This document shows positions 11,477 through 19,654 of a DNA stretch of 64,000 nucleotides, piece by piece. The position numbers and the translations under genes were made by a program. The notes under the pieces were generated by a model. It made no database searches, was not told the origin of the DNA, and was given only the letters and a program-made list of their open reading frames with translations. Source of the stretch: an uncultured Dysgonomonas sp. GTDB lineage: Bacteria; Bacteroidota; Bacteroidia; Bacteroidales; Dysgonomonadaceae. Position 1 is the first letter of the stretch. Every line of letters starts with the position of its first letter. The DNA lies in the NCBI GenBank assembly GCA_937875275.1, contig CALNCC010000146.1, positions 12,229 to 76,228 on the forward strand, written 5' to 3'.

Positions 11477-12181
11477 TTATTTTCGATTCCTTTTTGGCTG
11501 ATGATGCTGTGGCGCTTTCTGCATTGATAAAGGAGTTAACGTTACATTTTTGAATTGGATGTCTTTCCCTTCACTCTGCAAACCTATAAATCCTTCTTTC
11601 ACTTTGTTGGTTCCTTTGTTCTGAAAAACGCCGTTGATATAAACTGTTATCACTCCATTCTGGCAATATATATCGGCTTTATTCCATTCTCCGGCTTTTT
11701 TCTCTGTCGATTCGCTTTTTTTCTTCACAACAGGAAATGCTGGACGCTCTTCTCCTGCCGGAGTTTTAAATTCTCTCAGATCCGAACCTCCAAGAAGAAC
11801 AAAATCGCCTGCATCACCTGCATGCAATTGGCATTCTATACCATTCGGAAAAGGATTAGTCGGCTCTTCTATCAGTAAGAAAATACCACTATTGGTAGCA
11901 ACACCGTTTGGCCAACGCCATTCTGCCTGCAAATGAAAGTTCCCATATTTTTTCTGTGTATACATATACCCGAATGGATCACCTTTGATATGTATCATTC
12001 CGTCTTTTATCGTAAACACCTTTTCTGCCGGAACTTTATGTTCTTTAACTACAAAGTTCCAATTGAGTAAATCTTTGCCATTGAAAAGTTGCTCTACTTC
12101 TTGAGCCGACACCTGTCCGACAAAAAATATTGCTATCAAACACGATGCGACTGTTGTTAAAATTCTCTTTTTTGTTCTCAT
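11477..12181 (-). CDS. DUF1080 (3-keto-disaccharide hydrolase-like) secreted protein
   Basis: Signal peptide; LFNGKDL..W, NSGIF, GIECQL, GEWN, GFIGLQSEG, FKNV. Confidence 0.9.
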   Translation of the reverse strand: MRTKKRILTTVASCLIAIFFVGQVSAQEVEQLFNGKDLLNWNFVVKEHKVPAEKVFTIKDGMIHIKGDPFGYMYTQKKYGNFHLQAEWRWPNGVATNSGIFLLIEEPTNPFPNGIECQLHAGDAGDFVLLGGSDLREFKTPAGEERPAFPVVKKKSESTEKKAGEWNKADIYCQNGVITVYINGVFQNKGTNKVKEGFIGLQSEGKDIQFKNVTLTPLSMQKAPQHHQPKRNRK

Positions 12182-12186
12182 GGTTT

Positions 12187-13401
12187 TTATTTTAGAAATT
12201 CACTGATTTTGTCAAAGATATATATAAATTGTTTATCCACCTCATCGGCTATTTTTGTCAATGCAGGGAAAGGATCTTCATGTTTATATTTGTATGGAAG
12301 ATCGAAAACATCGACATTGATCGCGATATCGCGTTTGCTGCCTTGCATTGTGTTCATCACTTCGTAGGGCGGCACCACCTCATCCTGAGCCAAAGTTACG
12401 GCATAAAATTGGTCTTGCATTTCTCTGAATTTGGTTTCCCTGTATTTCGTCAATGTCTTGTAGTTGAGCATGCATTTAAAATTCACACCTTCGATGCATG
12501 GTTCACTCAGATACTTGTTCAGAATTTCGTCATGCTTCATGTGGCTCTCGATATGTTCTACCACATAAGAATATAAGCTCACATTGGCTTCACTATCCAA
12601 TATGAATTTAGATACCGGAAACAAGCGGTTAAAAACCGCTCCTCCACAAAAAGTTGCATATTTAGACTTAGAGAAATATCCGTTCTTGTTTGTCATCATC
12701 AGTATTTGACCCAAGAATGTGCCGATAGAATAGGAACAGAAATCAATGGTTGCCTCTTTGTCAATCATCAGATGCTTGTCTGCTTTGATGTTTTCGACAA
12801 AGTCTATTGCGTCATAATAGGTCTGAAGTCCCGACCAGATAAATCGCTTAGGCTTGTTGTGTAGCCGTGTGCTGATGGCTACATTCGACAGGCTGGAGCC
12901 TATGACCTCGGGATGCCGGAATTTGCGTTCCTCGCTGATCTTATACATTTCGTGAGCACCGCTCCACGCAGCAGGCGCGCGATTCATATGAAATGCTATG
13001 GGGAAGAAAACGACCGACTTTCCTGTTTTTTTTACTATATGGTAAGCCCACGGCAGATATTTATACCATGTTTTTTCATTGAATCCGTGGAACATCAATA
13101 CTATGCCTTTCGATTTTTGCTCTCCGCAAGGCATCATCATGTGATAACGGAAGTTGATATTTTCCGAGATTTCGGCATCAGTCTTATTCAGCATTTGTCG
13201 AATGATATCCGGCTCATAATCTTCGGGCGAAGGCGGAGTATATTCGTGGTTGTCAGGATTTTCTAAGCCACCCGGCAGTATCGATTGATAGTTGGATTTA
13301 AAATCGAAGTTCTTAATTACAACCCTGTCATCGACAGCAATAACTTCATCGTCATAATTGACAAGTGCTTTCAGACGATTAAAAAGATCAATGTACTTCA
13401 T
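12187..13401 (-). CDS. DUF6051 family alpha/beta-hydrolase-like protein
   Basis: FHGFNEK, FPIAFHMNR, nucleophile elbow SYSIG, QDEVV, HEDPFP. Confidence 0.8.
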   Translation of the reverse strand: MKYIDLFNRLKALVNYDDEVIAVDDRVVIKNFDFKSNYQSILPGGLENPDNHEYTPPSPEDYEPDIIRQMLNKTDAEISENINFRYHMMMPCGEQKSKGIVLMFHGFNEKTWYKYLPWAYHIVKKTGKSVVFFPIAFHMNRAPAAWSGAHEMYKISEERKFRHPEVIGSSLSNVAISTRLHNKPKRFIWSGLQTYYDAIDFVENIKADKHLMIDKEATIDFCSYSIGTFLGQILMMTNKNGYFSKSKYATFCGGAVFNRLFPVSKFILDSEANVSLYSYVVEHIESHMKHDEILNKYLSEPCIEGVNFKCMLNYKTLTKYRETKFREMQDQFYAVTLAQDEVVPPYEVMNTMQGSKRDIAINVDVFDLPYKYKHEDPFPALTKIADEVDKQFIYIFDKISEFLK

Positions 13402-13410
13402 TTCAATTCT

Positions 13411-14676
13411 TCATTTCGAGACCAGAAATTGATGTCCGATTCTGCAAAACAAACATTTTCTCAATTCACAATACTCGCGCCGAAGCTGTATCATAGATTG
13501 AGAATCTGCCGCATTGCAAAGAGGCATTTTCAATTTTCCAAAACTGGTCGTTATCGTATTCTTTTCGGGCTTTATCTGTTCCAGAAATGTGGTTGCCCGT
13601 TCGCACATTTCGTCGTTTCCAATACTTTTCCCGTAAGAAAATAGCACCGGTACAACCGAATTTATAAGTATAATATCTAAGGATGAGTCTCCCAGATATT
13701 TTGATTTCCTTTCACTTTCTATACCGAAGCTGTAATGCGTTTGCCAATACTCTGAGGCATTGACATGAAACATCAATCGCAACTGTCCTATATCTTCGCA
13801 CTTTATTATTTTAGAAAAAAGTCCGTGCGACTGATAAAGCAAATTCGCCAGTTGAGCAATCCTTATTTGGGGGAAAGCCGTAGGGCGACTTCTTAGCTTC
13901 TTAAATAAAAACGCATCAAGTGATTGTAAAGTATATTTTGTACGTAAAAACTCATATTCTTTTTGCAATTTTCTGAAATAATCATCTTCCACATCAGCCG
14001 TTTCGAGCATTCCTGCCTGACCAAATAGCAAGGCTTCGGTTTGATCGATATTATCGCCTTGTTTCTGCATATACCTGAGAGGTAAACTGAGAGCCAGTCT
14101 TTCGAATGAATCAGAATTGAGCCCAAATCCAAAATTGCGGGACAAAATCACATAGAATACATCGTCCCACGATCCGTTATAACGATCGAGAAGATCGAAT
14201 ACGTGATTTGATTTACGTTCGAGCCGTTCGATAAGAAGACGGCTCATCCACGAGTGAAGATGAAAAGACGGCATGTCGCCAATATAATTGGCACAAGGTG
14301 TCTGCATTCCCGAGTGCAGCAGAAAGTCATGATTATCTTTTATTCCTTGCGGAACAACTATTTTACATTGAGGTATACTCTTATTCAGCTGATTACAAAC
14401 CTCGCCATTCACTTTTTCTACAATATGCAATATGACAGAGTTGTAATTGGCATTTTCGTGGTGTTTATGTTTTACCCATTCATCCGATGAAGTATGTATT
14501 TCAACATTGCCTGCCCACATTTCGCCATCAATCTTCACTTTGGCATTGAAAAAGTCCGGCCCCTGATTTGTGTTATGTATGCCGACATCGATTACCTCGA
14601 CCGACAAACCATCTGTTGTGATGAGGGCATTCTCAAACAATCGATATTTCCATACATAATGCAGAATGTCCTCCAT
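13411..14676 (-). CDS. DUF2851 family protein
   Basis: MEDILHYVWK, GPDFFNA, GNVEIH, VILHIV, RPTAFPQIRIAQ, C-terminal YC..RKCLFCRIG. Confidence 0.9.
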   Translation of the reverse strand: MEDILHYVWKYRLFENALITTDGLSVEVIDVGIHNTNQGPDFFNAKVKIDGEMWAGNVEIHTSSDEWVKHKHHENANYNSVILHIVEKVNGEVCNQLNKSIPQCKIVVPQGIKDNHDFLLHSGMQTPCANYIGDMPSFHLHSWMSRLLIERLERKSNHVFDLLDRYNGSWDDVFYVILSRNFGFGLNSDSFERLALSLPLRYMQKQGDNIDQTEALLFGQAGMLETADVEDDYFRKLQKEYEFLRTKYTLQSLDAFLFKKLRSRPTAFPQIRIAQLANLLYQSHGLFSKIIKCEDIGQLRLMFHVNASEYWQTHYSFGIESERKSKYLGDSSLDIILINSVVPVLFSYGKSIGNDEMCERATTFLEQIKPEKNTITTSFGKLKMPLCNAADSQSMIQLRREYCELRKCLFCRIGHQFLVSK

Positions 14677-14730
14677 ATCGTCTATCGTGTATTTTTGATT
14701 TTAACCTCTCTTCAAAGTTAAGAAAAAATA

Positions 14731-16518
14731 TTACAGACCGGTTATCCCCATTTGCCTCATCAAGAAACAGGCATTCATATTCTGGGCAACACCTTCCCTT
14801 ATTTTGTAAGAGAACGAAAGTCGGTCATTTTTTATATCTGCCTCGAAACAGTGATTTTTCACTGCTTCGGGAAATTCTGCCTCCAAATTACCCAATTCTA
14901 AATCGTGAGTGGCGATGATGCCATTCCCCTTTAATGAGACTAATTGTTTCATAAGGGCTATCGATCCTTTTTGCTTATCTTCCGAATTTGTACCTTTCAG
15001 AATTTCATCTAATATGATGAATAGCTTTTCTCCCGATTGCAGGCGGTCTATTATCATTTTCAACCTTTTCAGCTCAGCAAAGAAATACGATTCATTATCG
15101 TTGAGCGAGTCGGAAGTTCTCAGGTTAGTAACCAACCGGAAAGGATGACATTTCAGTTTGTCGGCGCATACAGGCAATCCTATTCCTGCAAACATAAGGC
15201 TGACCCCTACCGTACGAAAATAGGTGCTTTTACCCGCCATATTAGCCCCCGTAACAACCAAAAAAAACGGACGCTGATGAAGTGAAACATCGTTGCGCAC
15301 GCAGACGTCTCTCTTTATGAGAGGATGCCCCAAATTCACGGCTTCGAAACCGTAAGAATCGGTTATTTCGGGATAGGTATAATCAGGATGGTTGTAGGCA
15401 TACACCGACAATGACACAAGGGCATCTATCTTACCTAAGGCATCGAACCATTCAGCTATTTCCTTATCATATTCCCTCATCCATTTTTCAGTCTTTATGG
15501 CATATCTTACTGTCCACATCAACAGTGGATTGAGAAAAAGAATCCCTACGAATGTGAATCCTTGCTCGAGATTGCTGATCAGATATTTGAGTTTGGATAT
15601 GGCAACCGATGCCGACCCTTTAGACAACAATATGTGTTGTATTTCAACCAATTCGGGACTGTCAATTTTTTCGTTTTCTATCAGTCGGAATAAATTGGAA
15701 TATGATTGCAACAGGTCAGCTTTTTTTCCGACTCTATTCAGTTTCTTATTGATGCTCTTCATCGGAATAGAACTGACCGCAATAGCAACGACCCATGCAA
15801 TGATGAAGAAACTGTCTGAGACATAATTGAGTGCGTAAAGAACGATTGTGGACAAGAAAAGCACAGGTATTACGTATTGTAATATACGCCACATGAGGCT
15901 GTTGATTCCTGAACTAAACTGCGCAGATATATTTTTAATATCAAAACCTTCATCGTCATACATTGCTCCCAATGCTCTGAATTTTTTTATAAATTCGATA
16001 TCCGTACTTAATTCCTGTACAGCCGCCTGACGTTTCTCGATCTGTTCTTTGTCCTCTAACGGGTTGGCGAATATATCTATTAAATGCTTCTTTCCGTAAG
16101 AGGATACGGCTCTGTTGACAGATTGAAATATGGATCGTTGTCCGAATATGTCTAAATCGACCGTGAAACGGTGGCTTGCGTCAACCGCTTCTGCTGCTCC
16201 ATCGAATGCCGAATAGTCGTAATTGATACCTTTCAATTCATTCTGTGCATTTATGATCAGAATCTCGGTATATCTTTTCTCAGTGTATAAACGGTTGTGG
16301 TATTTGAGTAGAAATAGGAAGACGACAACAAGGGCAAAAATAATCCCTGTTATGAGTAGTCCATTACCCCATAGCATTATGCACAAAGCAATACATGCTA
16401 ATACCAAAACCAGTCGCAATGTGCCTACTCTGAAAATCTTTTTCTTCAACAATGATAATTTTACAGTCTCTTCTTTTATCAACGATCGGTATCCCTCCTC
16501 TACTTCCTCTAATGTCAT
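14731..16518 (-). CDS. Membrane-anchored MutS-related ATPase (MutS domain V, no mismatch-binding domain)
   Basis: N-terminal TM pairs; DLDIFG; Walker A TGANMAGKST; SYFFAELKRL; Walker B ILDEILKGTNS; ATHDLEL. Confidence 0.9.
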   Translation of the reverse strand: MTLEEVEEGYRSLIKEETVKLSLLKKKIFRVGTLRLVLVLACIALCIMLWGNGLLITGIIFALVVVFLFLLKYHNRLYTEKRYTEILIINAQNELKGINYDYSAFDGAAEAVDASHRFTVDLDIFGQRSIFQSVNRAVSSYGKKHLIDIFANPLEDKEQIEKRQAAVQELSTDIEFIKKFRALGAMYDDEGFDIKNISAQFSSGINSLMWRILQYVIPVLFLSTIVLYALNYVSDSFFIIAWVVAIAVSSIPMKSINKKLNRVGKKADLLQSYSNLFRLIENEKIDSPELVEIQHILLSKGSASVAISKLKYLISNLEQGFTFVGILFLNPLLMWTVRYAIKTEKWMREYDKEIAEWFDALGKIDALVSLSVYAYNHPDYTYPEITDSYGFEAVNLGHPLIKRDVCVRNDVSLHQRPFFLVVTGANMAGKSTYFRTVGVSLMFAGIGLPVCADKLKCHPFRLVTNLRTSDSLNDNESYFFAELKRLKMIIDRLQSGEKLFIILDEILKGTNSEDKQKGSIALMKQLVSLKGNGIIATHDLELGNLEAEFPEAVKNHCFEADIKNDRLSFSYKIREGVAQNMNACFLMRQMGITGL

Positions 16519-16864
16519 ATAGTTTTATTGGTTTTATATTCTTCGTTTTTTAATGCTTTACCAATGCAAAGTAAATCAATTGCAGACATGTGAAATTATA
16601 TACGCCAAATATCGGCAAACACACGGAAAGCAAAATTATGTCATTGCAAATTACGTAAAAATATTAGAAGTATTCTAACAAATAGATTGGTAAGACACAG
16701 CAGGTATGTGAAAATTTATTTAAACATATTCATTACGGATAAAATTATTCTTAACTTTGAAGCCATAAGGTAAGCAAGTTCTGATTTATCTATTATAGGA
16801 ATAGAATACAGATTGGAGATGCAAAAACGACACAAGGGTACGGTCAACAAACACAAAAACGTGT

Positions 16865-16872
16865 TACCTTTG
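16865..16872 (+). promoter_or_regulatory. -7 box (TACCTTTG) upstream of dapA; a second box TAACTTTG at 16752-16759
   Basis: TAnnTTTG consensus. Confidence 0.6.
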
Positions 16873-16953
16873 TAGCCTTTTAGCAGAAGAGTGTTGCTTT
16901 TTTAATTCTCAGCTCTACTTCTCTTATTTGTTTTGTCTACTGAATAAAAATAT

Positions 16954-17850
16954 ATGCCGGAAATTAACTTGAAAGGAATGGGAGTAGCACTGATTACTCC
17001 ATTTAATGAGGATGGGAGTATTGATTTTGACGCTTTGTCCTCTCTCATCGAATACCAAATAGAAGGTGGTATCAATTACTTGGTTGTATTGGGCACTACT
17101 GCCGAAACACCGACGTTGAGTGATGATGAGAAGAATGAGGTTGTCGAATTTGTTACCGATAAAGTAAACGGTCGCATACCCATCATACTTGGCGAAGGTG
17201 GAAATAATACTCGTGCCATTGTAGACAAGCTGAAAAAGAATAATTATCCTAAGGGTATAGATGGCATCCTTTCGGTAGTCCCATATTACAACAAGCCCAC
17301 GCAAGAGGGTATATACCAGCATTATAAAGCAATAGCGGAAGCGTCTTCCTATCCTGTCATATTATATAACGTGCCGGGGCGTACGGGTGTGAATATGACT
17401 GCTGCGACAACCTTGCGTCTTGCCCGAGAGTTTTCCAACATTGTGGCTATCAAGGAGGCATCGGGGAATATTTGTCAGATAAACGAAATAATAAAAGACA
17501 AGCCAACAGGATTTGAAGTGATATCGGGTGATGATGGCATCACGCTCTCCCTGATTGAGATGGGAGGAATAGGGGTGATCTCGGTTATAGGTAACGCTTT
17601 TCCGAAAGAGTTTGCACAGATGACCACACTTGCACTTAATGGCAAACAAGAAGAAGCACGTAACATACATTACGAATTGAGTGAATTATACGACCTGCTA
17701 TTCGTTGATGGCAACCCAGCCGGAGTAAAAAGCATGCTTCGCTATATGAATCGTGTAAAAAATGTACTACGCCTGCCTCTTATGCCGACATCTGAGCAGA
17801 CCACCAAGAAAATAAATTCAGCACTAACAAAACTGAATATCAATAGATAA
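16954..17850 (+). CDS. dapA: 4-hydroxy-tetrahydrodipicolinate synthase
   Basis: GTTAE, PYYNKPTQEG, LYNVPGRT, IKEASG, SGDD, GNPAGVK. Confidence 0.97.
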   Translation: MPEINLKGMGVALITPFNEDGSIDFDALSSLIEYQIEGGINYLVVLGTTAETPTLSDDEKNEVVEFVTDKVNGRIPIILGEGGNNTRAIVDKLKKNNYPKGIDGILSVVPYYNKPTQEGIYQHYKAIAEASSYPVILYNVPGRTGVNMTAATTLRLAREFSNIVAIKEASGNICQINEIIKDKPTGFEVISGDDGITLSLIEMGGIGVISVIGNAFPKEFAQMTTLALNGKQEEARNIHYELSELYDLLFVDGNPAGVKSMLRYMNRVKNVLRLPLMPTSEQTTKKINSALTKLNINR

Positions 17851-17916
17851 GAGCCGGCAAGATGAAAAAGATGTAAAAAAGCAGGTATTTTACTTGTAAA
17901 ATACATAAAACAGTTC

Positions 17917-17924
17917 TATCTTTG
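17917..17924 (+). promoter_or_regulatory. tRNA promoter -7 box TATCTTTG
   Basis: Consensus TAnnTTTG 18 nt before the tRNA. Confidence 0.8.
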
Positions 17925-17941
17925 CATCGCAATTAAGCAAT

Positions 17942-18015
17942 GGCTTCGTAGCTCAACTGTATAGAGCATCTGACTACGGATCAGAAGGTTGAAGGTTAGA
18001 ATCCTTCCGAGGTCA
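17942..18015 (+). tRNA. tRNA-Arg(ACG), CCA not encoded
   Basis: Acceptor stem GGCTTCG/CGAGGTC, D arm GCTC/GAGC, anticodon arm TCTGA-CTACGGA-TCAGA, T arm GAAGG-TTAGAAT-CCTTC. Confidence 0.96.
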
Positions 18016-18028
18016 CTATATGAAAATC

Positions 18029-18060
18029 AAGCGGTTATATTAGTTTATAGCCGCTTTTTT
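18029..18060 (+). terminator. Intrinsic terminator after tRNA-Arg
   Basis: AAGCGGTTATA..TATAGCCGCTT stem followed by a T run. Confidence 0.8.
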
Positions 18061-18166
18061 ATATCTATAAGGCTGTAAATTTAAGTGAAAAAACATAAGA
18101 AAACATACATGAAAAAGGTATATTTCGTATCTTGTTTACAAATAGTTTACACTGAAATTTAATGTT

Positions 18167-18232
18167 ATGGCGACGTTTAAACCTGTAATTAGAAGAAAAG
18201 ATTAGATAGAACATATTTAGTTTACATACGAT
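18167..18232 (+). pseudogene. N-terminal scrap of a Bacteroidales tyrosine integrase (arm-binding region)
   Basis: MATFKPVIRRK then, after a 1-nt shift, RLDRTYLVYIR; resembles MATFK..V...R.DG.Y.VYIR integrase starts; GTTTACA direct repeats at 18134-18151. Confidence 0.65.
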
Positions 18233-18235
18233 CAT

Positions 18236-18440
18236 TTGATAATCATTTCCGAAAGTGCTGATTCCCGACTTGTGAGGAAAATACGAAATTCGGGGCTTAA
18301 GATATTCCCTGCCTATAAATTTAAGGGCTCAATGAACCTATCGACGTATATAATCACGGTATAGATGCAAGTTAATATGTGATATTGGAGGAGGTACTCG
18401 GCAGACGAAATGAAGTTCAGATGTGTCGGAATATTTAGTT
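18236..18440 (+). pseudogene. C-terminal scrap of a PBSX-type phage terminase large subunit
   Basis: IIISESADSRLVRKIRNSGLKIFPAYKFKGS then, in another frame, NEPIDVYNHGIDAS*YVILEEVLGR; matches Terminase_3C motifs (S/D)ESADPRL and PID..NH.IDA.RY. Confidence 0.7.
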
Positions 18441-18531
18441 GGTAAAAAGATGTCAAAAACAAATCGTTTATAATGGCATGATATTTGATGGTATTTCTCA
18501 GTTATTAATTAATCAATAAATCATAATAACT

Positions 18532-18840
18532 ATGCATAAAGTTACTCGTTTCACCCATATTGGATTTCAATTTAATTCATGTAAGGATTCTGGTGTCAAT
18601 CTTGATATTGAGGAGGTTCAAATACAAATAGAGAATAAGAATCTTTTCCCTTGGCTTCAAAAGAAGCTTCCAGATTTAGACATATCCCGGTATAGTCAAA
18701 AGGAGTTGGATGAAATAGGAGAATATTTCTATCAAACAGACAGTTGTTATGGAAGTAATCATTTTGGGGTGAAAAATGATGGTCTTTTACTCCTTGTTGC
18801 TTATTGCCTTGAAGGAGCTCAAAATAATTTTAAACCATAG
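18532..18840 (+). CDS. Hypothetical protein (102 aa), intact ORF inside the relic island
   Basis: ATG after an A-rich leader, normal composition, no recognised family. Confidence 0.6.
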   Translation: MHKVTRFTHIGFQFNSCKDSGVNLDIEEVQIQIENKNLFPWLQKKLPDLDISRYSQKELDEIGEYFYQTDSCYGSNHFGVKNDGLLLLVAYCLEGAQNNFKP

Positions 18841-18988
18841 ATAAACTACTGCTAAGTATTTTTGATCCAAGCAATTCTCTTCGGATTTTTTTATTTCTAT
18901 CTATATATTAGAAGAAAGCCATTTAAAGCGATTAAATATATAGCCGATTTAGTTCGTCGCAACAATGAATTTCAAAGAGGTGTTGCTG

Positions 18989-19232
18989 ATGCTTCATCAA
19001 TATGCTGTTAATCAAAAAAAATAATGGTTAAGATAGTGAGCCGATCGATCAATATTTATAACCAATATAGACCACATTGGAGTTCTGTGTTATTAACCCC
19101 AAATTAGATGCATCAACAAAAGAATATTAAAAAACCGGTGTACAAGAAAAAAGAATAGCAGTAAGAAAATTTCTACTGCTAATAATAATTTTATATTTGT
19201 ATAAATATGTCAACCTATTTCAGGACGATACA
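18989..19232 (+). mobile_element. IS3-family right-end remnant, diverged copy of 58684-58923
   Basis: Aligns by eye to the end of the 58 kb transposase (SINIYN.YRPHWS) and ends in TGTCAACCTATTTCAGGACGATACA, matching the right IR. Confidence 0.85.
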
Positions 19233-19540
19233 GTTGGTAAACACGACTCTATTTTCTGAATCGCAGATTCTAAATTTGATGGCCGAGGAACAGGGTTATG
19301 TATTTCCCCCTTGCTTGTCAATAATGAAATAAGACGGAAGGCCCGATAAATTATTTTCAGCTCTAAATAGTTTTGATGCATTGTCATCTAAAAAGAAATT
19401 TTCTCCAAGAACATTATTCCTTGTTATAGTTTCTTCCCATTTCTCTATTTTCGATTCTAAACACAGGTTAATAAAAAAATAACATCTTTGTCTTTAAGGT
19501 ATTTATGCAAATTAGGAGTAAACTCAAATTCTCTTTGGCA
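19233..19540 (-). pseudogene. C-terminal remnant of a TlpA/redoxin (thioredoxin-fold) gene
   Basis: Minus strand with two frameshifts: CQREFEFTPNLHKYLKDKDVIF / INLCLESKIEKWEETI..NNLSGLPSYFIIDKQG / EIHNPVPRPSNLESAIQKIESCL. Confidence 0.7.
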
Positions 19541-19544
19541 TTAA

Positions 19545-19571
19545 CTCATCCTGCTTTTGAGAACAGGATGA
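19545..19571. terminator. Hairpin downstream of the alkaline phosphatase gene
   Basis: CTCATCCTG..CAGGATGAG perfect 9-bp stem. Confidence 0.55.
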
Positions 19572-19654
19572 GAAGACCTATAGACATCCGAGTATTAAAC
19601 AAAATATTTTCATTAAACCTTTTAGGCTCATAACAAAGTTGTTATTTAGTTTTT

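Larger units (their letters stand above)
18016..19545. mobile_element. Decayed island / prophage relic at the 3' end of tRNA-Arg
   Basis: AT-rich and gene-poor; contains integrase, terminase, IS3 and TlpA fragments (listed separately). Confidence 0.75.

Noticed and set aside
16520-16953. Lysine riboswitch before dapA
   Set aside because: No recognisable L-box core motifs or multi-stem architecture.
18016-19650. attR duplicate of the tRNA 3' end bounding the island
   Set aside because: No second copy of CGAGGTCAC or the T arm was found, so the right boundary is only approximate.
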